Shown here: positions 1 through 8,180 of the stretch, in pieces
Numbering within the stretch: the stretch's first letter is position 1
Layout of the letters: each line of letters begins with the position of its first letter
Translations under genes and position numbers: made by a program
Source: Thermococcus kodakarensis KOD1
Lineage (GTDB): Archaea > Methanobacteriota_B > Thermococci > Thermococcales > Thermococcaceae
Assembly (NCBI RefSeq): GCF_000009965.1
Contig: NC_006624.1
Location: 1,500,001-1,532,000 of the forward strand
DNA length: 32,000 nt
Direction: 5' to 3'
Notes under the pieces: generated by a model
Told to the model about the DNA's origin: nothing
The model's input: the letters and a program-made list of their open reading frames with translations, nothing else
Database searches by the model: none

Positions 1-654
1 AACGGTGTCGCTCACGTGGAGGTAGCTCTTCCTCTGAGTTCCATCTCCAAGGATTTCCAGCTCGTTCGGGTTCTTCCGCAGTTTGTTGATGAAGTCGTAT
101 ATAACGCCGTGGTTCGAGCGCTTGCCGATGATGTTCGCCAGGCGGAAGCTCAAGGCCTTAAAGCCGAATATGTGGGCGTAGCCACTTATTATAGCCTCAG
201 CCGCGAGCTTTGCACCACCGTAGACACTTATCGGCTTAAGAGGGCCGTAGCTCTCAGGAGTTGGAATGACTTCAGCATCGCCGTAGACCGTTGAGGAGCT
301 CGTGAAGACGAGGTATTCAACGTCGGAATTCCTCATAGCCTCCAAGAGGTTGTAGGTTATCGTGACGTTGCTTTCGTAGAGCGTTTCAGGGCTCTGGGCG
401 CTGATTCTAACTTCAGGGTTAGCCGCGAGGTGGAAGACAACATCAACGCCTTCAATGGCCTTTTTTACGGTCTCGAGGTCAACCATGTCACCTTTTATGA
501 ACTCGAAGCGCTCGTTATCGAGCCAGTGCTTTACGTTGTCCAAGCTCCCGGCGCTCAGGTTGTCCAGAACTCTGACCTCATAGCCACTCTCCATCAGCCC
601 GTCAACGAGGTGGGAACCGATAAAGCCAGCACCGCCCGTAACTAGGACTTTCAT
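1..654 (-). CDS. NAD-dependent epimerase/dehydratase (extended SDR, UDP-glucose 4-epimerase-like). N-terminal 218 codons only; the C-terminus lies beyond the window start.
   Basis: Absent from the ORF track because it is open at the window edge. The reverse complement from ATG at 654 reads MKVLVTGGAGFIGSHLVDGLMESGYEVRVLDNL. It has the Rossmann motif TGGAGFIG, then TSSSTVYG and YGGAK (S/YxxxK catalytic set). The frame is unbroken to position 1. Confidence 0.85.
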   Translation of the reverse strand, partial: MKVLVTGGAGFIGSHLVDGLMESGYEVRVLDNLSAGSLDNVKHWLDNERFEFIKGDMVDLETVKKAIEGVDVVFHLAANPEVRISAQSPETLYESNVTITYNLLEAMRNSDVEYLVFTSSSTVYGDAEVIPTPESYGPLKPISVYGGAKLAAEAIISGYAHIFGFKALSFRLANIIGKRSNHGVIYDFINKLRKNPNELEILGDGTQRKSYLHVSDTV

Positions 655-737
655 GTGCACCATCACCCATGTAGTTATCGAGGTCACGTTATTAAACTTT
701 GGGAAAAGCTTTTTTACTCTAACGTTTAAGTTAAACC

Positions 738-1145
738 ATGATGAAAATCTATGACATTCCCCCACAGGGAAGGGAGAAAATAAAAGTGAAAATTCAAGAA
801 GCCCTCATGAGAAGAGAGGAAGTTATATTTGCTTATCTCCATGGTTCTTTCATCGAAGATAGGCCGTTCAGAGACATTGATGTAGCCGTTTACGTGAAGG
901 AGAAGCTAGATATATTCTATGAAATGACGCTGGAGGATGAACTTACTGAACTAACGGGGTTTCCCGTTGACGTCCGGGTTCTGAACGAGGCCCCTATTAC
1001 TTTCAGGTTTAAGGTCATAGGCGGAGAACTACTGTTCTCGAAGGATGAAAAAGCAAGGTGCAGGTTCGAGGAAGAGACCATGGCAGAGTACCACGATTAC
1101 TCCTACTACCTCGAACTCTACGGGAGGGAGGCCCTTGGAATATGA
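738..1145 (+). CDS. MNT-type nucleotidyltransferase (pol-beta superfamily), antitoxin partner of HepT
   Basis: 135 aa ORF with the NTase signature LHGSF..(x10)..DIDVAV (GS...DxD). It lies immediately upstream of, and overlaps, a DUF86/HEPN gene. Confidence 0.8.
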   Translation: MMKIYDIPPQGREKIKVKIQEALMRREEVIFAYLHGSFIEDRPFRDIDVAVYVKEKLDIFYEMTLEDELTELTGFPVDVRVLNEAPITFRFKVIGGELLFSKDEKARCRFEEETMAEYHDYSYYLELYGREALGI

Positions 1146-1566
1146 TAGGGACAGAGTAACGAGGCTGATGGGAGAAGCCAAGAATGCCCTTTTCAACATC
1201 CATGAACTTGCAGAGCTTGATGAAGAAGAGTTTCTAAGGAACAAGCATTACATATCTAGCGCAAAGTACAATCTTCTGGTTGCAATTGAGGCATGCATAG
1301 ACATTGCGTATCACCTGATATCAAAAAACAAACTGAGACTACCGAAAGACTACTCGGACGCGTTTAAGGTTCTCCAGGAAAACAATGTTATAAGCAATGA
1401 ACTGGCACGCCGCCTTATCTTAATGGCTCGTTTTAGAAACAGACTTGTGCATATATACTGGGACATTGATGACAGGATGATATACAGAATCATAACCGAA
1501 AACATAACTGATATAGAGAAGTTCTTAGAGCACATCCGTAAAATCCTCGGAGGGGATAACAAATGA
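1135..1566 (+). CDS. HepT (DUF86, HEPN-domain) toxin RNase
   Basis: HEPN Rx4-6H motif in ARFRNRLVHIYWD; size is about 132-143 aa. The start is ambiguous: TTG at 1135 (preceded by GGGAGG, 11-nt overlap with MNT) or ATG at 1168. The track start at 1045 would overlap MNT by 101 nt and encodes a low-complexity basic leader, so it is unlikely. Confidence 0.7.
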   Translation: MEYDRDRVTRLMGEAKNALFNIHELAELDEEEFLRNKHYISSAKYNLLVAIEACIDIAYHLISKNKLRLPKDYSDAFKVLQENNVISNELARRLILMARFRNRLVHIYWDIDDRMIYRIITENITDIEKFLEHIRKILGGDNK

Positions 1567-2558
1567 AAGCCGTCATAATGGCCGGTGGCTACGCCACCAG
1601 GCTCTGGCCAATCACAAAAGATGTCCCCAAGGCCCTGCTGCCGGTGGGGGACAGGACGATACTTGACCACATATTGGAGAAGGTCGCAGAAACCGGCCTT
1701 GAAACATATATCTCCACCAACAGGTTCTTCGAGAGCAGATTCAGGCCCTTTGCCGAAAAATGGGGTGTCAAACTCATAGTTGAGGACACACTCCACGAGG
1801 AAGAGAAGCTCGGAACGATAGGCGCGCTGAAGAAGATAATCGAAGAAATAGGCCTTGACGATTATTTGATCATCGCTGGGGACAACCTCTTCTCCTTCTC
1901 GCTCCAGGACTTCCTCAAGCGATACGATGAAAAGCCCCTGATAGCGGTCTATGACGTTGGTAACCCAGAGCTCGCCAAGAGGTACGGCGTTGTGCTCCTA
2001 GAGGGGGACAGGGTTGTTGACTTCGAGGAGAAGCCGGCTGTACCTAAGTCCACGCTGATAAGCACCGGCGTCTACGCCCTCCCCAGGGATGTTATGGCTC
2101 TCATTGATGAATACCTTGCAAACGGCCACAGAGACGCACCGGGCTACTTCCTCAGCTGGCTCCTGAAGAAGGGAATCGAGATAAGGGCCTACCGCTTCTC
2201 AGAGTTTTGGTACGACATTGGTTCAGCAGACAGTTATCTTGAAGCCCTCAAGACTCTACTCAAAGAGAGCCACATCGAGGAGATCCAGATAAGCCCCTAC
2301 TCTAAGATAATCCCACCTGTGGTCATAAAGAGGGGGACGAAGATACTGGGCCGTTCCATAATCGGGCCCTACGCGTACATTGGGGAGGACTGCGTCATAG
2401 AGAACTCGGACGTAAGCGATTCAATAGTTTTTAGGGGCACTATACTCAAGAACGCGACGATATGGCGCTCAATAATAGACGAAAAGTGCGAGATAAGGAA
2501 CCTCGAGCTTAAGAAGAGCTTGGTCGGAGGACATGCGAAGATACAGAGGGGGGATTAG
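1563..2558 (+). CDS. Sugar-1-phosphate nucleotidyltransferase (NDP-sugar pyrophosphorylase) with a C-terminal left-handed beta-helix domain
   Basis: N-terminus MKAVIMAGGYATRLWPITKDVPKALLPV (GxGxR...K signature). The C-terminal part is rich in hexapeptide-like repeats. Its ATG overlaps the HepT stop (ATGA). Confidence 0.85.
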   Translation: MKAVIMAGGYATRLWPITKDVPKALLPVGDRTILDHILEKVAETGLETYISTNRFFESRFRPFAEKWGVKLIVEDTLHEEEKLGTIGALKKIIEEIGLDDYLIIAGDNLFSFSLQDFLKRYDEKPLIAVYDVGNPELAKRYGVVLLEGDRVVDFEEKPAVPKSTLISTGVYALPRDVMALIDEYLANGHRDAPGYFLSWLLKKGIEIRAYRFSEFWYDIGSADSYLEALKTLLKESHIEEIQISPYSKIIPPVVIKRGTKILGRSIIGPYAYIGEDCVIENSDVSDSIVFRGTILKNATIWRSIIDEKCEIRNLELKKSLVGGHAKIQRGD

Positions 2559-2592
2559 GTTTTTAATTTCCTTTCCCTACTGAAGGGTCGCC

Positions 2593-3840
2593 ATGACCGA
2601 AAGCCTTAAGCTGAGACTCATTAAAAATGCTGGCTGGCTCTTCGGGGCCGAGGTCATTTCGAAACTCCTGGCCTATGGGGTAATAGTCATCCTGAGCAGA
2701 ACCCTCGGCCCGGAGGGACTTGGCCAGTACTCGTTCATCTTCTACTATGTTGGACTTCTGGGGATATTCTCTGATCTCGGAGTTGGCTACTACTTCATGC
2801 GTGAGGTTGCGAGGGATAGAAGTAAGGCTGAAGAGCTTCTTCCCGATGTGCTTGGGCTTAAGATTGCACTAGCGCTGATCAATTTTGGGATAATTGTTGC
2901 CCTAACCCTCCAGCTCCCAAAGCCGGAATGGATGAAGGTTTTGATTGTACTTGCTGGAGCTGAGGCAGTGCTAGGATGGATAGCGTATGTATTTGTGAAC
3001 ATGATGTATGCCCATGAAGTTACTAAATATGAAGCTATTGCAAGAACTATTGAGAGAATCTGGGCGTTTTTTATAGGAGGAACCGTTCTCTATGTTTGCA
3101 GATCTCTCTCACCATTTATAATCACACTTCTCATTGGATACGTCCTAAGGGAACTTTTGAGGATAAAATGGGGTAAAAGATTCGTTAGAGAAATCCGCAT
3201 CCATTTTGAGCCCCAAAAATGGCTCTCCCTTCTCAAGAAGTCCTACCCCTTCTGGTTCATCGGATTATTTACGCTGATCTACTACCGCACTGACATGGTG
3301 ATGCTAAGCCTAATGAGGGGAGACTACGAGACCGGAATATACCGGGCAGCTTATACTCTAATCGAAGTTTCCCTATTTGTTCCGAATATTGTTGTCCCGA
3401 CGACTATGCCCTCAATGGCAAGGCTGTGGCAAGAGGATCGAAAAACCCTTGAGATCTTACTGAAGAAGAGCTCTCGGATTTTGAGCGGTTTGGGCGTTCT
3501 GGGAACGATAGGGTACTACGTTTTTGCAAGGTGGGGAACTATACTTGTGTTCGGAGAAGGTTTCCTGGCAAGCGTTCCTATGCTCAGAATCTTGGCCTTT
3601 GCGGTTCCATTTATGTTCCTAAACTCACTATTTGGGAGCTTTTTGAATGCAACGGGAAGGGAACTAACGTTTACCAAGATAACGGGATTCACTGCGTTGC
3701 TGAACGTTGTGCTAAACTACTTCCTGATACTGAATTATGGAGCAAGAGGAGCCGCGATGGCGACGGTGGTTAGTCAGGGGATAGCAAGTGTTTTAAGTTT
3801 TAGAGTAGGAATAAAAAACGGGAAATATAACGGTGCCTAA
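2593..3840 (+). CDS. MOP-superfamily oligosaccharide/polysaccharide flippase (Wzx-like)
   Basis: 415 aa and highly hydrophobic with many predicted TM segments. The N-terminal pattern LIKNAGWLFGAEVISKLLAYGVIVILSRTLGPEGLGQY is typical of polysaccharide biosynthesis/flippase proteins. Confidence 0.8.
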   Translation: MTESLKLRLIKNAGWLFGAEVISKLLAYGVIVILSRTLGPEGLGQYSFIFYYVGLLGIFSDLGVGYYFMREVARDRSKAEELLPDVLGLKIALALINFGIIVALTLQLPKPEWMKVLIVLAGAEAVLGWIAYVFVNMMYAHEVTKYEAIARTIERIWAFFIGGTVLYVCRSLSPFIITLLIGYVLRELLRIKWGKRFVREIRIHFEPQKWLSLLKKSYPFWFIGLFTLIYYRTDMVMLSLMRGDYETGIYRAAYTLIEVSLFVPNIVVPTTMPSMARLWQEDRKTLEILLKKSSRILSGLGVLGTIGYYVFARWGTILVFGEGFLASVPMLRILAFAVPFMFLNSLFGSFLNATGRELTFTKITGFTALLNVVLNYFLILNYGARGAAMATVVSQGIASVLSFRVGIKNGKYNGA

Positions 3841-4128
3841 GGTCTCAGTTATTATTCAGACCATCAAAGAAAGAGAAAACTGTTGAAGCATGTTGTTTAG
3901 TGTTTCGAATTAAACTTTTGTCAGGATTCTGAGATCATATGATGGCCAATAATAGCCCCATAGACTACCTCTCGATGACAACAGAGTAAGAATCTTGAAC
4001 TTCTTGGCTCTAACGTATTACAGGCTAGAAACTATAAGATTAAAAATACGCATGAACAATACATTGCGTTTCTTGATGAATAGCCATTTACAAAGCTATT
4101 GAGAAGTCAGACTGTTCTACTTGTTTAA
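3833..4128 (+). pseudogene. Decayed N-terminal relic of a GT2 glycosyltransferase
   Basis: From GTG 3833 the frame reads VPKVSVIIQTIKEREN then stop. Intact GT2s here read KVSIIVPVYN, RVSVVIPTYG and LVSVIIPTYN. A second frame reads FELNFCQDSEII (3904-3939), resembling the WELILVDDNSDD segment of the intact GT2 at 5266-6237, though more weakly than the two flanking fragments. The same frame then gives GSNVLQARNYKIKNTHEQYIAFLDE and a stop (4006-4083), matching the ARNxGxxxAxGxYIAFLDxDD block. This frame has stops at 3898, 3940, 3961, 3976 and 4081, and there is one frameshift between the fragments. Confidence 0.55.
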
Positions 4129-4195
4129 ACCGCCCTTATGTTATTGACTGAATCCGCCATACGGATAATTTAAAAACAACAGGGCTCTAAGAGGC

Positions 4196-5269
4196 TTAGT
4201 CAATCCAACTGACCTTGCATGATTTGTCCAAAGTTTGTTTATTTTTCTCTGACTTGTAGGTTTCCAAAATTGTAGTAAGAGCTTTTTTGAGTATCTCGTC
4301 CCAGTCATACTTTTTAAGGATTAGTCTGGATATTTTCCTGTATCTTTTTTCGTAATAGGGGTAATTTTCCATAACATAGAGGAAGGTCTCATAGAGATCC
4401 CTTTTGTCACAACACCTGAATGGAATTGTATACCGCGAAATCTCTGTCTGGATGCTATCACTCACGATAGACGGCACTCCGAGGGCAAGAGCCTCCAATA
4501 AAACTAATGGAAAAACTTCATGACGAGACGGCAAAATCAATACCTTAGACTCTTTCATCATCCTCAGTACATCTTTACGTGGGGAAAATGCTTTGACTAC
4601 TATATTTCCCACAACAGTATATTCTTTGTCAGCTCCAACCATTAAACCCCTATAAGGTTTGTCTTTAAAAGTATCAATCACAAGCTGGGGATTTTTTTCT
4701 TCACTAAACCTCCCTACGTAGATAAAATCCCACCTACGCCGAAATTTCCTTTGGTATAACTTCTTGACATCATCATCAATACCATTTGAAATATGGCGTA
4801 TATTTGAATTTCTCCGTCCATAATACTGAAAACTGTTTTTATTGAGTAGCAGGATCAATGTATTGGGCATAGAAACATATAAATCACGAATCTTTTTGAG
4901 TGGATAGTTCAGCAACTTTCCTCTCCAGTTCAGATAAAATTTAAAGAACTTATCCCAATCTCTACCATCTATTATGACTTTTACAGGCTTCTTTACCGGT
5001 AAAAGGGATGTGTGTGCAAAAATTATATCAACATCTCTGTATTTTCTTAATGTAGCTAACTTCTGTGCAAGCTCATTTATACTGCCAAGACCATTTAGCA
5101 TTGGAAGTGTTATCATCTCATCACATGACACGCAGGGGACATCCCCCACATATGAACAGATGAGATACAGATCATATTTTTCCTTAAGCTCAGTAAGAAC
5201 CTCTGCAACTTTTAGCATGACTCTTTCGGCACCACCCACTGTGCCGCATCCGTGGACGTATATTTTCAT
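4196..5269 (-). CDS. GT4-family (GT-B fold) glycosyltransferase
   Basis: 357 aa with the C-terminal EX7E motif PSRHEVFPLVLLEALALGVP and an N-terminal GGAERV motif. It is AT-rich relative to its neighbours. Confidence 0.85.
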   Translation of the reverse strand: MKIYVHGCGTVGGAERVMLKVAEVLTELKEKYDLYLICSYVGDVPCVSCDEMITLPMLNGLGSINELAQKLATLRKYRDVDIIFAHTSLLPVKKPVKVIIDGRDWDKFFKFYLNWRGKLLNYPLKKIRDLYVSMPNTLILLLNKNSFQYYGRRNSNIRHISNGIDDDVKKLYQRKFRRRWDFIYVGRFSEEKNPQLVIDTFKDKPYRGLMVGADKEYTVVGNIVVKAFSPRKDVLRMMKESKVLILPSRHEVFPLVLLEALALGVPSIVSDSIQTEISRYTIPFRCCDKRDLYETFLYVMENYPYYEKRYRKISRLILKKYDWDEILKKALTTILETYKSEKNKQTLDKSCKVSWID

Positions 5270-6237
5270 TTTTTACTCACCATTTTTCTCAAAAGTGGCC
5301 TAATAGGAACGAACAAATCAACAATCCATATCAACGTCAAATATGACGAATGAGACCTAACTGGCCTGTAAGTTTTGATGTAGTCAAAGTATTTCCAAAA
5401 CAGCTTACGTGCTTCCTTCCTACCGTAAGTATCCGACACGATTGTGATGTAGGTCATAAAGCTAAAAGGTCTCAACTGCCTTGCAACAACGTCGCAGACC
5501 TCACGATGTTTGCCTGACACTTCTTTGACTCTTAGACAGAGCTTATTGTAAGCTTCAAGCGTTCCCCTAATTTTCTCTTCTGGGGTTTTGCTTCTTCCTT
5601 GGACAGCCGAGCTTCTCCTTACAAGGTGGTAGAAGTCAGGTTTCGGAACAGAATACACCTTCTCAATCAATGACAGATACAAAGTGAAAAAGTATGCGTC
5701 CTCCGAGTAGCGAATGTTTTCTGGAAACCGCAAGCCGTAATCATTGATTATGTCTGCTCTCAAAAGAGAGCTACCAACACCAAACCTCGCTTTGAGCATA
5801 AGGACATCCTTCCAAGACAGTTCGCCGTGTTTTGAAGCTCTAACGTGGATTTTCTTTCCAGTTTCCTCGAAAACATCGTAGTATTCAGTTGAGACGCCAC
5901 CAAAACCCTTTATATGGCTCACCGTATCTTCAAGAAAACTCTCGCTCCACCAATCGTCGCTGTCTATGAAAGCTATGTATCTACCAGAAGCAACCTCAAT
6001 ACCCATATTTCTACCGACAGAAACGCCACTCCTTCGCTTTGGCGTCCTTAGAACTTCAACCCTATCAGGATGTTTATCTTTAAAGTCAAGCAAAAGCTCG
6101 TAAGTGCCATCATCTGAGTTGTCGTCAACGAGTATAAGCTCCCAGTCCTCGTAGGTCTGCTTCTCTATCGAACTAAGAAGCCTTGGAACGTAGTCTCGCG
6201 TGTTGTAGACGGGAACGATGATTGATACCTTAGCCAT
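5266..6237 (-). CDS. GT2-family glycosyltransferase
   Basis: N-terminus MAKVSIIVPVYNTRDYVPRLLSSIEKQTYEDWELILVDDNSDDGT, followed by GRNMGIEVASGRYIAFIDSDDWW (DxD). It overlaps the downstream GT4 by 4 nt. Confidence 0.9.
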   Translation of the reverse strand: MAKVSIIVPVYNTRDYVPRLLSSIEKQTYEDWELILVDDNSDDGTYELLLDFKDKHPDRVEVLRTPKRRSGVSVGRNMGIEVASGRYIAFIDSDDWWSESFLEDTVSHIKGFGGVSTEYYDVFEETGKKIHVRASKHGELSWKDVLMLKARFGVGSSLLRADIINDYGLRFPENIRYSEDAYFFTLYLSLIEKVYSVPKPDFYHLVRRSSAVQGRSKTPEEKIRGTLEAYNKLCLRVKEVSGKHREVCDVVARQLRPFSFMTYITIVSDTYGRKEARKLFWKYFDYIKTYRPVRSHSSYLTLIWIVDLFVPIRPLLRKMVSKK

Positions 6238-6264
6238 GCATTTCCCAAATATAGCTGGGGGACA

Positions 6265-7494
6265 ATGGTTAAAAGTTTTAGGGCATTTATCCTGGCGAGG
6301 GTGAGAATGGACAGAGTAACCAAACAGCTGATAGCCTCCAGACTCCTTTCACTGGCAAACGTTATTCCAAAAGACGAAAACAAACTCCTCTTCTACTCAA
6401 CTCCCGACGTATCTGACAATGCCCTAGCACTCTTTAAGTACGTTTCCAGAAAGACCAATGATTACGAGCTGGTCTGGCTCCTGAATAATCCAAGCTCTCC
6501 ATCCGTTAAGGTCCTCAAGGGAAGGTATTCTGAAGCGAAAACTGTGCCTCTCTACTCAATTAAGGGCCTAAAAGAGCTTTTGAGAGCCAAATTCATCATC
6601 ACTACTGATGTTCTACCCGTGACGCCCCATTTAGGTCAAAGGGTAATCCAGCTCTGGCACGGACTTCCGGGCAAGAAGACCGGCTACGAACATCCCCTAG
6701 GCATCAGGGATCTCTACCTCTACATGGACAGGTGGACGACTGACTTCGTAACAACCTCGGAACTTGTCGTCGGTTCGTTCGTGAGGCAGTTCATGATAAA
6801 CCCCCGGAAGTTCAGAATCCTCGGACAGCCCAGAAACGACGGCCTCTTTGACCACATGAAGGACTCAAAAGACACGCTCTCGTCAATACTGGGAATTGAT
6901 GTGGAGGCCTATGATGGCGTTGTTCTCTACGCACCAACTTACAGGTATACCAGCTACCTGAAAGACTTTGAGGCCAGCGTCAGGGCTGTTGAGAGCCTCT
7001 TTCGGAGAGACTTCATCGAGTTCATAAGAGAGGAGAACATCCTGCTCGTCATAAAGCCCCACAAACTAGTGGCTGAGGCGGTAAAATCCAAAGTAAAAGT
7101 AAGTTCGAACGTTGTTCTCCTCACAGACGAACCGCTTCAGTCACACCTTCTCAACATAAACGACATCATGGGGGCGTTTGATATCCTGATAACCGATTAC
7201 TCAAGCATCTTTGAGGACTACATACTCCTGAACAGGCCAATTGTATTCTACTTGCCAGATAGGGAAGCATTGGAGCAAAAAAGCGGCTTTCTCTTGCCGT
7301 ATGAATTTTTTGCTCCTGGGAAGAAGCCCGAAACTGTCGAAGACCTCAAAAGGAGCCTGAGAGAGTACATAGACGATCCCCAGATAGATGCAGAGTGGAG
7401 GGAAACTATCAAAAACCTCCTTTACGAAGTTGGGCAGGACAATAAATCTTCGGAGAGGGTTTACAAACACATAATAAAGGGGGAATTTGAATGA
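6265..7494 (+). CDS. CDP-glycerol/CDP-ribitol polyol-phosphotransferase family protein (TagF/TagB/TarL-like, Glyphos_transf)
   Basis: Family-typical blocks are present: QLWHGLPGKKTG, YAPTYR, IKPHK and ITDYSSIFEDYILLNRPIVFYLPD. An alternative in-frame ATG at 6307 follows GAGGGTGAG and may be the true start. Confidence 0.8.
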   Translation: MVKSFRAFILARVRMDRVTKQLIASRLLSLANVIPKDENKLLFYSTPDVSDNALALFKYVSRKTNDYELVWLLNNPSSPSVKVLKGRYSEAKTVPLYSIKGLKELLRAKFIITTDVLPVTPHLGQRVIQLWHGLPGKKTGYEHPLGIRDLYLYMDRWTTDFVTTSELVVGSFVRQFMINPRKFRILGQPRNDGLFDHMKDSKDTLSSILGIDVEAYDGVVLYAPTYRYTSYLKDFEASVRAVESLFRRDFIEFIREENILLVIKPHKLVAEAVKSKVKVSSNVVLLTDEPLQSHLLNINDIMGAFDILITDYSSIFEDYILLNRPIVFYLPDREALEQKSGFLLPYEFFAPGKKPETVEDLKRSLREYIDDPQIDAEWRETIKNLLYEVGQDNKSSERVYKHIIKGEFE

Positions 7495-8180
7495 CAACCC
7501 TTATCCTTCTCGCGGGCGGAATCGGAAAACGGGCAAACCTCGGCCTCCCCAAACAGTACTACAGGATCGAGGAGAAAATGATAATAGAGTACACGTTGGA
7601 AAACGTGTCAAAAGTCGGAGGCATAGACAGGCTAATCCTCGTCTCCAATCCTCAATTCATGGACACGGCCCTGGAACTGGCGGAAAGCTTTCCAAAGATA
7701 GAAACGGTCACGATAGGGGGGAAGACTAGGAACGAATCAATGTACAACGGATTTAAGGAAGTTCCACCGGGAGAGACCAAGGTTATAGTCCACGATGCCG
7801 TAAGACCATTCACACCCAGGTGGGTTTTTGAGAAAATAATAGACCTCCTGGACGAGATGGATGTGGTAACAACCGTGAACCCAATAACCGGGAACCTAAT
7901 AGAGCTGGATAATGGAAAGGTAAAGAGAATCCACGACCGTTCGAGATACGCCATGGGAGAGGCTCCCACAGGATACCGCTACGATGCCCTGAAGAAGACT
8001 CTTGAGACGGCACTATCACGGGGAATCCTGAACGAGATTCCCCACGACATCCTTCTCGCGATGGAGGCGGGATTCAACGTCCACGTGCTACATTGTAACT
8101 GCTTCAACCTGAAGATTACCTTCAGGGAAGACGTTGAGATCGCGAGGACCCTGATAAAAGTGCTGGAGGAGCAGCGTTGA
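7491..8180 (+). CDS. IspD/TarI-family cytidylyltransferase (probable CDP-polyol synthase)
   Basis: N-terminus MTTLILLAGGIGKRANLGLPKQYYRI matches the IspD/TarI signature AGGxGxR...PKQ. 229 aa. The start overlaps the stop of the TagF-like gene by 4 nt. Confidence 0.8.
   Translation: MTTLILLAGGIGKRANLGLPKQYYRIEEKMIIEYTLENVSKVGGIDRLILVSNPQFMDTALELAESFPKIETVTIGGKTRNESMYNGFKEVPPGETKVIVHDAVRPFTPRWVFEKIIDLLDEMDVVTTVNPITGNLIELDNGKVKRIHDRSRYAMGEAPTGYRYDALKKTLETALSRGILNEIPHDILLAMEAGFNVHVLHCNCFNLKITFREDVEIARTLIKVLEEQR

Noticed and set aside
1045-1134. Upstream ATG extension of the HepT ORF (MKKQGAGSRKRPWQS...)
   Set aside because: It would overlap the MNT gene by 101 nt and adds a basic, low-complexity leader unlike DUF86 N-termini. 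TTG 1135 or ATG 1168 fit better.
1350-1796. 148-aa minus-strand ORF spanning the HepT/pyrophosphorylase junction
   Set aside because: It is antisense to two well-supported plus-strand genes, has no motifs, and straddles a gene boundary.
7491-8180. IspD as an MEP-pathway isoprenoid enzyme
   Set aside because: Archaea use the mevalonate pathway. The gene is also translationally coupled to a TagF-like phosphotransferase, so a CDP-polyol role is more plausible.
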